NCBI GenBank assembly: GCA_963766775.1 | Contig: CAVYBP010000006.1 | Location: forward strand, 6,939 to 70,938 | Length of the DNA: 64,000 bases | Reading direction: 5' to 3' | Origin: an uncultured Phycisphaerales bacterium | GTDB taxonomy: Bacteria; Planctomycetota; Phycisphaerae; WQYP01 | In this document: positions 39,854 through 50,160 of the stretch, piece after piece | Layout of the letters: each line of letters begins with the position of its first letter | Position numbering within the stretch: position 1 is the stretch's first letter | Position numbers and translations under genes: made by a program | Notes under the pieces: generated by a model | The model's input: only the letters and a program-made list of their open reading frames with translations | The model's database searches: none | What the model was told of the DNA's origin: nothing

Positions 39854-40152
39854 CGCATGATCGAAAAAATGCCGGTACGGATAATCCAAAGATTCATAGT
39901 TCCTTTTGAAAGTGGATACCCGTGAGATCGTGGCATTGATTTCCCGCCAATCTTGATCCCTTTTTGGGTCCCCTCTCTTGCGTTGCACAATGTGGACGTG
40001 AAATATATCCCTTATTCAAATCTCGCCGTCTCGATTCTCAGGTCTTTATTCGATGAAGCGGGGTTTACGCGGCGTCCGCCGGGCGATAAAGTGAAAGTTG
40101 GTTGACACGGTGACGCCCATTGACCATTGGTCCGCTACAACGCAGGTGAACC

Positions 40153-40533
40153 ATGCCTACTATTCTGCAGAATCACTACGTGCTTGCTGTCCATAACGTG
40201 CGTGCGTCAGCTCGCTTTTACGTGGATGTTCTGGGGTTCTCGATCGTATCCGATATTGGCGGCTGGATCTTCGTCCAGAAGGACAACTGCATGATCATGC
40301 TTGGGGAGTGTCCAAATGATATGCACCCCAGTGAGCTCGGCTGCCATAACTACTTCGCCTATCTACGAGTCGATGACGTGGATACTTTCCACGCACAGAT
40401 CAAGCTTGCCGGCATCAAATCTCTTGACGGCATTGCGGACAAGCCTTGGGGCATGCGAGAGTTCGGAATCAAAACGCCGGATGGTCATCGGATCAAGATC
40501 GGCCAAGTTATTAGCCAACCGGCTGCGGTATAA
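40153..40533 (+). CDS. VOC (glyoxalase/bleomycin-resistance) family protein
   Basis: Intact 126-aa ORF. HYVLAVHNVRASARFYVDVLGF... and ..KPWGMREFGIKTPDGHRIKIGQ. Confidence 0.8.
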   Translation: MPTILQNHYVLAVHNVRASARFYVDVLGFSIVSDIGGWIFVQKDNCMIMLGECPNDMHPSELGCHNYFAYLRVDDVDTFHAQIKLAGIKSLDGIADKPWGMREFGIKTPDGHRIKIGQVISQPAAV

Positions 40534-40786
40534 TCAACCGTTGCTGTTGAACGGGCGTGGCGACGTGGAGTAAGTCGGATATTCTCAGGGTTGCGAGTCT
40601 TTGGTCCCCAGAGTTCCAGTCGAGAAACGCAGCGTTCCATTTCGCTGGAACCGTAGTGTTCGAGTGACAATGGACCGGTGAGTGCTACAAGATTAGCATG
40701 ATGCGGACAACGCCGATTTCAAAGCAGCCCGCTACGAAAGTTCAACGGGTGTCTTGTCGCCCTGATTTTTTTTGGAGGAGCACTCA

Positions 40787-41365
40787 ATGCACTATTCACG
40801 TCACCTCTTGGCCCTATCAGTCGTGGCCGCGATCCTCGCAACCGTCGGCATCGCGCGGGCGGCCACTGACCTGCCTAACCTCGCCTTGAAAAAAACCGCC
40901 ACAGCGTCCGCGTCGCAAGACGGAAACCCGCCCGAAAACGCCGTCGATGGCAATGCGGATACCCGCTGGTGCAACGCCGGAGCGGCAACGGGCGCATGGT
41001 TGCAGATCGATCTCGAAAAGGCACAGCCACTCGGCGGCTGTGAAATCACCTGGGAACACGACGGCGCAGTCTATAAATATGTCGTCGAAGGCTCCGCTGA
41101 TGGCAAGACCTGGACCCCACTCAACGATCAGCGCGGAACCACCGCCGCCACGCAGCAGCAAAAACTTGCCCTTGCCGGCGACCCCGTCCGCTATGTCCGA
41201 ATCACCGTCACCGGCCTCGACGACGGCTCCTGGGCCAGCATCTGCGAACTCAAACTCTTCGACACCGAAAGCATGTCAAAGCTGACGCCCGACGAAGCAA
41301 AAACGTATCGTCCATCCGCACCGGAGGCCCCCACGACCGCCCCCGCTTCCGCCCCGGCGAAATAA
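40787..41365 (+). CDS. Secreted F5/8 type C (discoidin, CBM32-like) domain protein
   Basis: The ATG at 40787 follows GGAGGA and is followed by a signal peptide. NLALKKTATASASQDGNPPENAVDGNADTRWC..AWLQIDL..., VRYVRI. Pro/Ala-rich tail. Confidence 0.8.
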   Translation: MHYSRHLLALSVVAAILATVGIARAATDLPNLALKKTATASASQDGNPPENAVDGNADTRWCNAGAATGAWLQIDLEKAQPLGGCEITWEHDGAVYKYVVEGSADGKTWTPLNDQRGTTAATQQQKLALAGDPVRYVRITVTGLDDGSWASICELKLFDTESMSKLTPDEAKTYRPSAPEAPTTAPASAPAK

Positions 41366-41366
41366 T

Positions 41367-42928
41367 TCAACGCTTGAAAGAGCTTAACCCAACCCTACTT
41401 GGACGCCGTGAGACGGAGCAAATAATCCGCGCAGGCGCGGTGAAGTTAAACTCGCCCGCCTTGGCCGGTTTTAACAGTTCCTTCTTCATGCGCCACGTGT
41501 CGATCGCCTCGACCGTGTAGTCCCGCTCGCCTGCAAGCTGCAACTTGGCCGATGCTTCTTTCAGCGCATAGATCAAATACACGCTCCCCGGCTTCGACAA
41601 AACAAAAACATTCGGATCAAGGCGCACCGGCGTCATCTCCGAAAACGGCAACGCCTCCATCATCTTCCGCAAAAATGCGATCCGTGGCGGACTCTCACCA
41701 TGCAGCACCCCGCCCTTCGACCACCATAAAATATCGTGCGGATCAAGCAACGTTTCACCATGCCCGACATAGCCCCCGCAGATCGTGCCGATCCAGAATT
41801 GACGCACCATCTCCGCAGCCGTCAACTTCCCCCAGCTATTCGGAATGTTCCCCTCATAACGGCATTCATCGACCACAATCGGCTTCTGAAACTTCTCCCG
41901 CCATGCAATCACCTGCGTCAAGTCGCTTTTCTGAATGCTCGCATGCGTCACCCACGGCTTGGTGTGATCGTACATCTTTGACGCCTGGTGAATGCTGCGC
42001 GCTGCCGATCGAATGCATCCTCCTTTTGAAGGATCGAAAAAAACCGGTCAAAGTCCGCAACGGTTTTGTTCCCTCGCTGGCCCTTGCGCAGCGGCGGAAT
42101 CATGAAGTCATACTCATTCGCCAGCGACCACCACACATTCCGATACGCCCCCAGCCGCGCGATCGCATACCGCAGATACCGATCATCGCTCGCGGAATCC
42201 ATTTCCGAAAAACCCCACCGATCATACGGATGAAAAAGAATCAGATCCGCCTCAATGCCGAGCTTCTGAAGGTCTTTCACCCGCCGCTCGAGATGCTGCC
42301 AATTCGCCGGATCGAATTGCGTGAGATCGAACTTCCCGTCCGGCTTGCGCACGAAAGGATAGTTCACCGGGTCATTCGTGTTGTATGTGTACGACTTCGG
42401 AAAGATGCACATCCGCATCTTGTTGAACGGCGACGTGGCCAACGTCTTCAACGTCTGCTCTTCGAGATCATCCGGCTGATGCGTCCACGCATAGCACGTC
42501 GTCCCCACCTGAAAATACGGCGTGCCGTCGGCATACGCGAAATGAAACGTGTCATGCACCCGCACCGGCCCATGATTCGACCCGGTCGGTGCCGTCACAT
42601 GGACCTGCCCGCTCTTCCCCTCCAGCTCCGCCGCGTTGCTGCTGGTGCGATAGGTCCAATCCCCATGCGTCGGCGGCGAAAATCGAATGCGATAAGTCCC
42701 CCCACCATCGTAAAAACCCGGAACCGTCAACGACTCGCGCCCGCTGCTGAATTGCGCCGACAACTTCACATCCACAAACGGATTCCCCCCCGTCGGCCCC
42801 GGCAGCGACACCTCAAACAAGTCCCACTGTTCCACTGTCGCCGGTGCCGCTGCCAGCACCCGGCCCGGCACCACCCCAGCGATCACACCGCACAAAATAA
42901 AAACAACCCGAAACCATTTCATCAACAT
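41367..42928 (-). CDS. DUF5060 + DUF4038 (GH-like TIM barrel) + C-terminal domain protein, secreted; frameshift near 41985 as written
   Basis: Signal MLMKWFRVVFILCGVIAG.., then VEQWDLFEVSL..GNPFVDVKL.A.F (DUF5060-like), HFAYADGTPYFQVGTTCYAW (DUF4038-like), WWSLANEYD. The C-terminal 202 aa are in ORF 41367..41975. Confidence 0.7.
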
Positions 42929-42960
42929 ACAAACCCTCCGCGCACGGGTTTCAAACTCGT

Positions 42961-45900
42961 TCAACCAATCTCCACCAGCAGGTCCCCCGCCGCTACCAGA
43001 TTCCCCGGCTGCACATAAATTTTACCGACCTTCCCATCGCGCGGAGAATACACCGCCGTCTCCATCTTCATCGCCTCAATTGACAGCAGCTTCCCTCCCT
43101 TCTGAATCGACTGGCCAAGCGAAACGTTCACCGAAGTCACCTTGCCCGGCATCGGCGCGCCGACATGGCTCGCGTTCCCCGCGTCGGCCTTCGCGCGTTC
43201 CACTTTCGTCACCGCCACGCTTCCGGTCGGGAACCTTCACTTCTCGCGGTTGGCCGTTCAGCTCGAAGAAAACCGTCACCATCCCGTCCGCATCCGGATC
43301 CCCTGCCGTTAGAAACTTCACCATCAGCGTCTTGCCCGGCTCAATCTCAATCGGCACTTCCTGATACGCCTGCAACCCATAAAAGAACACCGGCGTCGGT
43401 ATCACTGAAACGTCGCCATAAATCTTCCGGAAACGCTCGAACTCCAAAAACACCTGCGGATACATCAAATAACTCGCCAGATCCGTCTCCGTCACTTCCC
43501 GATGAACCTTCTCCGAAAGCTCCTCCCGCGTTTTTTCCAGATTCACCTTCGGCAGCGTCGCCCCCGGCCGCCCCTTCAGCGGTTTTTCCTTCCCCAACAC
43601 AATCTTCTGCAGCTCCTTCGGGAACCCGCCCGTCGGCTGCCCAATATCGCCCCGGAAAAATTCAATCACGCTCTTGGGAAACGCCAGATGCACGATTCGG
43701 ATCAAGCACATCCGCCGGCTTCAGATTATTAGTCACCATGAAGATCGCCATGTCGCCCACGATCTTCGACGACGGCGTCACCTTCACATGTCGCCAAACA
43801 ACTGGTTCACATGCGCATACATGTCCGCAACTTCGTTCCATCGCGTCTCAAGCCCCAGCGACTTCGACTGCACCCGCAAGTTCGTGTATTGCCCGCCCGG
43901 CATTTCATGCTGATAAACGCTCGCCGTCGGCGCCAGCATCCCCTCCTCAAACGGCGAATAAAACCGCCGCACCGCCTTCCCAGTAATCACTGTACGCACT
44001 CAACGTCTCTTCGCTCAGCCCCGTATCCCGCGGCGTATTTCGCAACGCCGCCACCACCGCATTCATGTTCGGCTGGCTCGTCATCCCCGACATCGACGAC
44101 ACCGCGCAATCCACAATATTCACCCCCGCCTCCGCCGCCATCAGATACGCACCCGCCTGCATCCCCGCCGTGTCGTGCGTGTGAAAATGGATCGGCACTC
44201 CCACCTCCTCCCGCAGCGCCTTCACCAGCTTCCGCGCCGCCAGCGGCTTGAGCAGCCCCGCCATATCCTTGATCGCCAGAATGTGCGTCCCCATCCTCTC
44301 CAATTCTTTCGCCAGCTTCACATAATACTTCAGCGAATACTTGTCCCGCTTCGGATCGAGAATATCCCCCGTGTAACAGATCGCCGCCTCGCAAATCGCA
44401 TCCGTCTCCAGCACCGCCTCCATCGCCACCTTCATGTTCTCCGTCCAGTTCAGACTGTCGAAGATGCGAAAGACATCCATCCCCTGCTGCCGCCGCCAGC
44501 TTCGCGAATTCCTTCACCACGTTGTCCGGATAATTCGTGTACCCCAGCGCATTGCTCGCGCGGAACAACATCTGAAACAGCACATTCGGCATCTCGCTTC
44601 CGCAGCTGCTCAGACGCTCCCACGGATCCTCGCTGCAGAAACCGCAACGTCGTATCAAACGTCGCCCCGCCCCACATCTCCAGCGAAAACAGTTCCGACA
44701 GATTCTGGCTGCATAAACGGCCGCCGCGCCAGCATGTCCACCGTGCGAACCCGCGTCGCCAGCAGACTCTGATGCGCATCCCGCATCGTCGTGTCCGTGA
44801 TAAGCAGCTTCTTCTGCTTCAAAATCCACTGCGAAAATTTCTTCGCACCCAGTTCTTTCAACTTATCGCGTGAACCCGTCGGCAGGGCGGGGCGCGGATG
44901 ACTCAGGAACCAGCAGGCCGCGGCGGCGTCATCACCGTGATATCCGGCTTCTTCTTCATCTCCGGACGACCATTCACAATCACATCGCCAATGTACGTCA
45001 GCAGCCGCGTCGCCCGATCCCGCCGCTGCGGAAACTTAAACAGCGCCGGCGTCGTATCAATGAAACGTCGTCGTCGTATGCCCCGACCGAAAATCCGGAT
45101 GCGCCACCAGATTCTGCAAAAACGGAATGTTCGTCTTCACACCCGCGAATCCGAAACTCCGCCAACGCCCGCTGCGTCCGCGCAATCACCTCATCAAATG
45201 TGCTCCCAAAACAAGTCAGCTTCACCAGCAGCGAATCAAAGTACGGCGTGATCACCGCCCCCGCATACGCCGTGCCCCCATCCAGCCGCACCCCATACCC
45301 CGCCGGCGAACGATACGACGTAATCCGCCCATAATCCGGCGTGAAATTGTTCGCCGGATCCTCCGACGTGATCCGCGCACTGCAACGCCACCCCGCGAAA
45401 CGTAATCTCACTCCTGCTGCGGCAAATTGATCGGCTCTTCATGCAGATCGTAGCCCATCGCCACCCGAATCTGCGACTTCACCAGATCCATCCCCGTGAT
45501 CAATCTCCGTCACCGTGTGCTCAACCTGAATCCGCGGATTCACCTCAATAAAGAAAAACTCGTTCGTCTCCCCATCCACCAGAAATTCCACCGTCCCCGC
45601 ATTCCGATAATTCACCTGCCGCCCAATCTTCAGCGCCGCTTCGCAAATGCTCCGCCGCACCTCCAGCGGCAAACTCACCGCCGGCGCAAGCTCCACCACC
45701 TTCTGATGCCGCCGCTGTACCGAGCAATCCCGCTCAAACAGATGCACCAGATTGCCATGCGAATCGCCCAGCAGTTGCACCTCAATATGCTTCGCCCGCT
45801 GGATGTACCGTTCCAGGAAAACCTCCCCCTTCCCAAACGCCGCGCCCGCCTCCCGCGATGCCTCCGCCAATTTTTCCTGCAGCTCCCCCATCTCCTTCAC

Positions 45901-46413
45901 CACCCGCATCCCACGCCCGCCGCCCCCATGAGCCGCCTTGATGATCAGCGGAAACCCGATCCGCTTCGCCTCCCGCTGCACATCCTTCCACTCCAGTCAG
46001 CGACTCCTCCGTGCCCGGCACAATCGGCACGCCCGCCGCATCCGCGATCTTCCGCGCTGCCGTCTTATCCCCAAAACCCCGCAGCATCTCCGGCGTCGGC
46101 CCCACAAAAGTGATCCCCGCCTCCGCGCACGCCTCCGCAAACTCCGCATTCTCCGACAAGAAATCCATACCCCGGATGGATGTATTCCACCCCCACTTCC
46201 TTGGCGATCGCGATGATCGCCGGAATGTTCAGATAATTCTTCACCGGCGCATCCGGCACCGCCCACCTGATAACTCTCATCCGCCTTGAACCGGTGCAGC
46301 GAGTACCGATCCTCCCACGAATAAATCGCCACCGTCCGAAAGCCCAATTCCGTGGCCGCGCGCATCACCCGAATGGCAATTTCGCTGCGATTGGCGACAA
46401 GCAATTTCTTCAT
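42961..46413 (-). CDS. pyc: Pyruvate carboxylase (single-chain: biotin carboxylase + carboxyltransferase + biotinyl domains); at least a dozen frame changes as written
   Basis: Pieces in order from the N-terminus:
- [24 protein letters not shown]
- [15 protein letters not shown]
- [18 protein letters not shown]
- [14 protein letters not shown]
- [18 protein letters not shown]
- [22 protein letters not shown]
- [12 protein letters not shown]
- FRIFDSLNW
- HFHTHDT
- [12 protein letters not shown]
- the biotinyl motif IEAMKMET. Confidence 0.9.
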
Positions 46414-46554
46414 GGATCCCATCCCTGCGTGGTGTGAGCAAAGCGGCAAGAGGATACACCATCACACGCCGGAGTTCACCCATCAACACCCCCAATCAAC
46501 GCCCATTCACGCGAAACGGACGCATAACCCCTTCGCACCGATTCCCCATTGTGG

Positions 46555-46610
46555 CACGGCGGCCCCCCGCCGTGATCGATCCACAGCCCTCGCATGGGCT
46601 GCGGATCGAT
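46555..46610 (-). other. Two adjacent GC-rich stem-loops in the DUF3300-pyc spacer
   Basis: The first is cacggcgg-cccc-ccgccgtg (46555-46574). The second is gatcgatccacagccc-tcgcat-gggctgcggatcgat (46574-46610), with a 15-bp stem. The single mismatch is C.A on the plus strand but G.U on the minus strand, the strand of the flanking genes. Confidence 0.6.
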
Positions 46611-46666
46611 GCAATGTGCGTAATAAACACACAACTTCTCTTTACACTTCACCCCTCCCCACACCA

Positions 46667-46688
46667 GAGTTCACGCTTCAGCGTGTCT
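46667..46688 (-). repeat. Copy 1 of a 22-nt intergenic motif (minus strand AGACACGCTGAAGCGTGAACTC)
   Basis: Identical 22-mer at 58696-58717. It contains CACGC-TGAA-GCGTG (a 5-bp stem with a tetraloop, or a 14-bp palindrome). It lies roughly 45-65 nt downstream of the DUF3300 stop, after a T8 G10 run. Confidence 0.8.
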
Positions 46689-46732
46689 CCCCCCCCCCAA
46701 AAAAAACCATAAACTACCGCCCTGCACTCGGA

Positions 46733-48490
46733 TCACGCCGACCCACCGTGCGCCCGGCGCGTTCGCATCGCTCCCATCACTCGCCGCCGGCCGGTCCGAA
46801 GCCGCCGGACGTTCAGCCGCGCGGGCCGAGCCTCTGGCGCCGCTGCCGGACGCTCCACAGGCGCGGGAGCCGGCGCAGGCCGTTCAACCCGCGGCTCAAT
46901 CGGGGCCGGCGCTGCTCGTTCAATCGGAGCCGCTGCCGGACGTTCCACAGGAACCGCCACCTGACGCGGCCGCTCCGCCGCACTGGGCACTGGACGCTCT
47001 GTTGGCACCGCCGGCTCGGGTCGCTGCACCGGCGCCGGACGAGCTACCGGGGCTGCACGCTCCACAGGTGCCGGCGCTGTCCGTTCTAAAGGCATCGGCC
47101 GAGCACGTTCCGCCGGCACCGGTTCAACCCGCTGCGGAGCCGCCTGTTCTCGAACCCTCTCTCCTGACGAAGGCTCCGCTTGCGGCCTGGCTTGCCCGGC
47201 CGGAATCGGCTTTTCAACCTGCGGTGCCCGCGCCGGTTCAACCGGACGGTACTTAATCGGCGCCGGTGCCGGGGGTGGCAAGGGACGCGCACCGGGTTGC
47301 TCCGTCCGTGCCGGTGAATTCTCACGCCCACGCGGATCAACCGCCGGCTGCGCCGTGCTCCGCAGGACGCTCCGCGCCACGCGAGTTTTTCGGCGGTGCC
47401 ACACGCGGATCGCTCGGAGGCAGCGGCCGCCGCTCCCCCGCGCCCGCCCTCACATTACTCGGCTGAACCCCATGCGGACGCTCCGCTGAAAACTGCGGAC
47501 GCGGTATCGGCCGATCCCGATCATGTTCCCACTGCCGCGCCCGACCATAATCCGGATGCCGCCAATCATCATTCCACCGCACATCCCGATCGATCCGTCG
47601 GCTGTGCCAATCCACACCAAGGTCCAGCCATACGCCCGCACCATATCCCTCCGAGAACGTCACACACTGCTCCGGCTCATAATCCCGCCTCACATACACC
47701 ACATCAGGATCGTAATACGGCACATAAATCACGTTCGGCTGCGCGGGCAGCACTTCAACATAACCATTCTCCACGATCACCTGCTGCTGCTGCGTGCTCA
47801 CCAATGTCTGCATTCCTGCGCCTCAACACGCAATCGCTGGATGGAATTCATCACATCCTGCGGCTGCGTCGCGAACGCCGCACCGAGCGTCGCCGTCCAA
47901 CCCGGCTGGCTTGCGAGCATGTTCACCACCGACGGGTAATGCACCAGCGCCTTCACCGAAGGATCCCGCGCTTCGCCGTTGATGTCGTACTCCGAACGCG
48001 CCGTCGAGTATTGCAGCCATTGCGCCGCACTCCCGATGTCCTGCGGGTAAGTCGCCGCCGCAAGCACCTGCGATAACAGTGGATCGGGATAGAGCGCGAT
48101 AGGCCCCAGCACCTGATCCAACTGCTGATTATTTAAAAGCGCCGGCTGCGCGGCCTGATAAACAGGTGCCGCCCCGGGCGCATATCCCTGGGGCGCCGCC
48201 GCATACCCAGACGGCGTATACCCCTGTGCCGGCGCATATTGCGGGGTAGGGGGGGGGGACTGTGCCGGGGTATAGACCTGTGGCGAGCCATAACCCTGCG
48301 GCGGATACGCCTGCGGAGCCGGCGTATACTGCGGCGCAGCCGAGTAAACCGGTACGGGTCTGTAGACCGGAGCGTCATACCGTCTGGACGCATATCCGTC
48401 ATCGCGATACGTAGTGGCCGTGCAGCTAGTGCCTGCCGCGACAACTGCCGCCATAAGAATCGCGCCAATCGTTTTATTCATACCGTTCAT
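46733..48490 (-). CDS. DUF3300-domain protein with a long Pro/Ala/Arg-rich C-terminal region; frameshifted as written
   Basis: The ATG at 48488-48490 opens MNGMNKTIGAILMAAVVAAGTSC. A Pro/Tyr-rich linker follows, then LDQVLGPIALYPDPLLSQVLAAATYPQDI..ALVHYPSVV (DUF3300). After a change near 47810 comes QTLVSTQQQQVIVENGYVEVLPAQPNVIYVPYYDP. The tail is in ORF 46733..47404. Confidence 0.75.
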
Positions 48491-48811
48491 AAACTGCCTC
48501 GCTTCCGTTGAGCCGTCCTTGGCTGAAACACTCTGCGGCGACCATTCTCCCCGCAAACCGCGTGGCTGTCGCATCATCGCTATAAAGACACGCGTCAACC
48601 GAGATCGCGAGTCCGCAACGGAATTCTCCGAACACGCCCCATCACCGTCCCTGGCCACCATTAACGGCCTCCTACGTCCCTTTTCATAAAATCCTTCATT
48701 TTACGGAACATTCGTGCGCAACCCCCCAAATTGTCTGACGATGGCCCTCTTGATTTCAATTTACAGAAAGAAAGTTGCACGCCCAAGAAACTTTACCCAT
48801 CACTTCAGGAT

Positions 48812-48841
48812 TGACGGGGACACTACTTGTCCCCTATACCG
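48812..48841 (+). promoter_or_regulatory. Candidate promoter TTGACG-18-TATACC with an embedded 7-bp inverted repeat GGGGACA-ctact-TGTCCCC
   Basis: ttgacg (48812-48817) and tatacc (48836-48841). The palindrome at 48817-48835 fills the spacer. It lies ~110 bp upstream of the RraA-like gene that heads the sugar-acid cluster. Confidence 0.4.
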
Positions 48842-48948
48842 AGCCTTGTGGGCAAGACTTCATTTTTATGATTCCGGCGGCAGCCCGTACTTGCGGCCCA
48901 AACCGCGATTGCTTAGGGGGGGTCGCTGTCCCTCGCAGGAGTTTTACT

Positions 48949-49615
48949 ATGTCTGAATGGTCCTCGGACGAACAACTCTTCTCCCTCATGAAGCAGACAC
49001 TGTATACACCCGTCGTCGGCGACATTCTCGATGCCCTTGGCCATTTCCATTCCTTCCTCCCTCCCCCCATTCAGCCACTTCGCGAAAATATGATCCTCGC
49101 CGGCCGCGCCATGCCCGTGGTCATGTGCGACGTCTACGGCCACCAGAAAGAATCCTTCGGCAAACTCACCGAAGACGCTCGACCAGCTCGAGCCCGGCGA
49201 AATTTACCTCGCCTCCGGCGGTGAAATGCGCTGCGCGTACTGGGGCGAAATCCTCACTGCCACCGCCAAACAACGCGGCGCTCTTGGAGCCATCATCAAC
49301 GGGTTCCACCGCGATACCCCCAAAGTGCTCGAACAGAACTGGCCCGTCTTCTCTCGTGGCCGCTTCGCCCAAGACTCCGGCGTCCGCACCAAAGTGATCG
49401 ACTACCGCTGCCCCATTCAGGTGGGCGAAGCCTGGGTCCATGCCGGCGACCTTGTATTTGCCGACCTCGACGGCGTGGTCATCGTTCCAAAACACCTCGA
49501 GGTCGAAGTCATTGGCAAGGCGATGGAAAAAGCTCGCGGAGAAAAACTCGTCCGCAAGGAAATCGAGGCCGGTCTCTCCAGCACCGCGGCCTTTAAGAAA
49601 TTCGGCATCCTCTAA
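48949..49615 (+). CDS. RraA family protein (class II aldolase/oxaloacetate decarboxylase-like); one frameshift near 49190 as written
   Basis: [35 protein letters not shown] in ORF 48775..49224. Then [50 protein letters not shown] in ORF 49226..49615. Confidence 0.75.
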
Positions 49616-49642
49616 ACCGGCCACCGCTCTTAGGGATCCTCC

Positions 49643-49969
49643 ATGCCCCGCTGCTTTAAAATTCACCCGCAGGACAACGTCGCGACGCTCCTGGATGATG
49701 TGCCCGCCGGCCCACTCGATGTGCTCAACGCCGGCGCGCCGCTGGTGATCGCCGCACTCGAAGAAATCAAGATCGGCCACAAGGTCGCGCTTGTGGACAT
49801 CCCCTCGGGCAGCCACATCATCAAATTCGGAACCTCCATTGGCCACGCTTCGCAGCCGATCGCAATCGGTGCCTGGATTCACCTGCACAACTGCAAAAGC
49901 AACTTCGACGAACGCTCCTCCACCCTCGACAACGTCACCGGTGCCCCCACCGACACCTCTTATGTGTAA
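49643..49969 (+). CDS. UxaA/GarD-family sugar-acid dehydratase, small (SAF-domain) subunit
   Basis: Intact 108-aa ORF. IHPQDNVATLLDDVPAG...IKIGHKVALVDIPSGSHIIKFGTSIGHASQPIAIGAWIHLHN. Confidence 0.75.
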   Translation: MPRCFKIHPQDNVATLLDDVPAGPLDVLNAGAPLVIAALEEIKIGHKVALVDIPSGSHIIKFGTSIGHASQPIAIGAWIHLHNCKSNFDERSSTLDNVTGAPTDTSYV

Positions 49970-50160
49970 GGCTATACCCTGAAGATCAGCAGGTCTGCCT
50001 GTCCCTGAAGAAAAATTCCGCTTCCCAATGAACTTGACTGGAATGTCATCGACAACGCTTGCGTCAGCCACGACGTCTGAAGAACGTGACCCACAAGCGC
50101 CTTTTCGATAGAATGAATTCTGCGATCATTCTCTATCCCACTCAGCCCTTGCAAGGCTTC

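Noticed and set aside
39338-39988. 216-aa minus-strand ORF extending from the islet spacer into gene B
   Set aside because: Most of it is antisense to the better-supported plus-strand gene B, and only ~45 codons lie in the spacer. It has no motifs. A short remnant ORF in 39854-39988 cannot be excluded.
41552-43018. 488-aa plus-strand ORF, with other long plus-strand ORFs rich in Pro/His/Arg/Thr across 43.1-47.1 kb and 56.8-63.9 kb (for example 56911..57669, 58639..59157, 60529..61266, 63139..63804)
   Set aside because: They are antisense to clearly recognisable minus-strand genes (DUF4038, pyc, SSF, pseudopilins, gspF, gspE). Their skewed composition reflects the C-rich non-coding strand, not coding potential.
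46733-47300. Repetitive ERPAAAP/VERAAPAP-type units that look like a DNA tandem repeat
   Set aside because: This is imperfect, low-complexity Pro/Ala/Arg-rich coding sequence at the C-terminus of the DUF3300 protein. There is no clean repeat unit at the DNA level.
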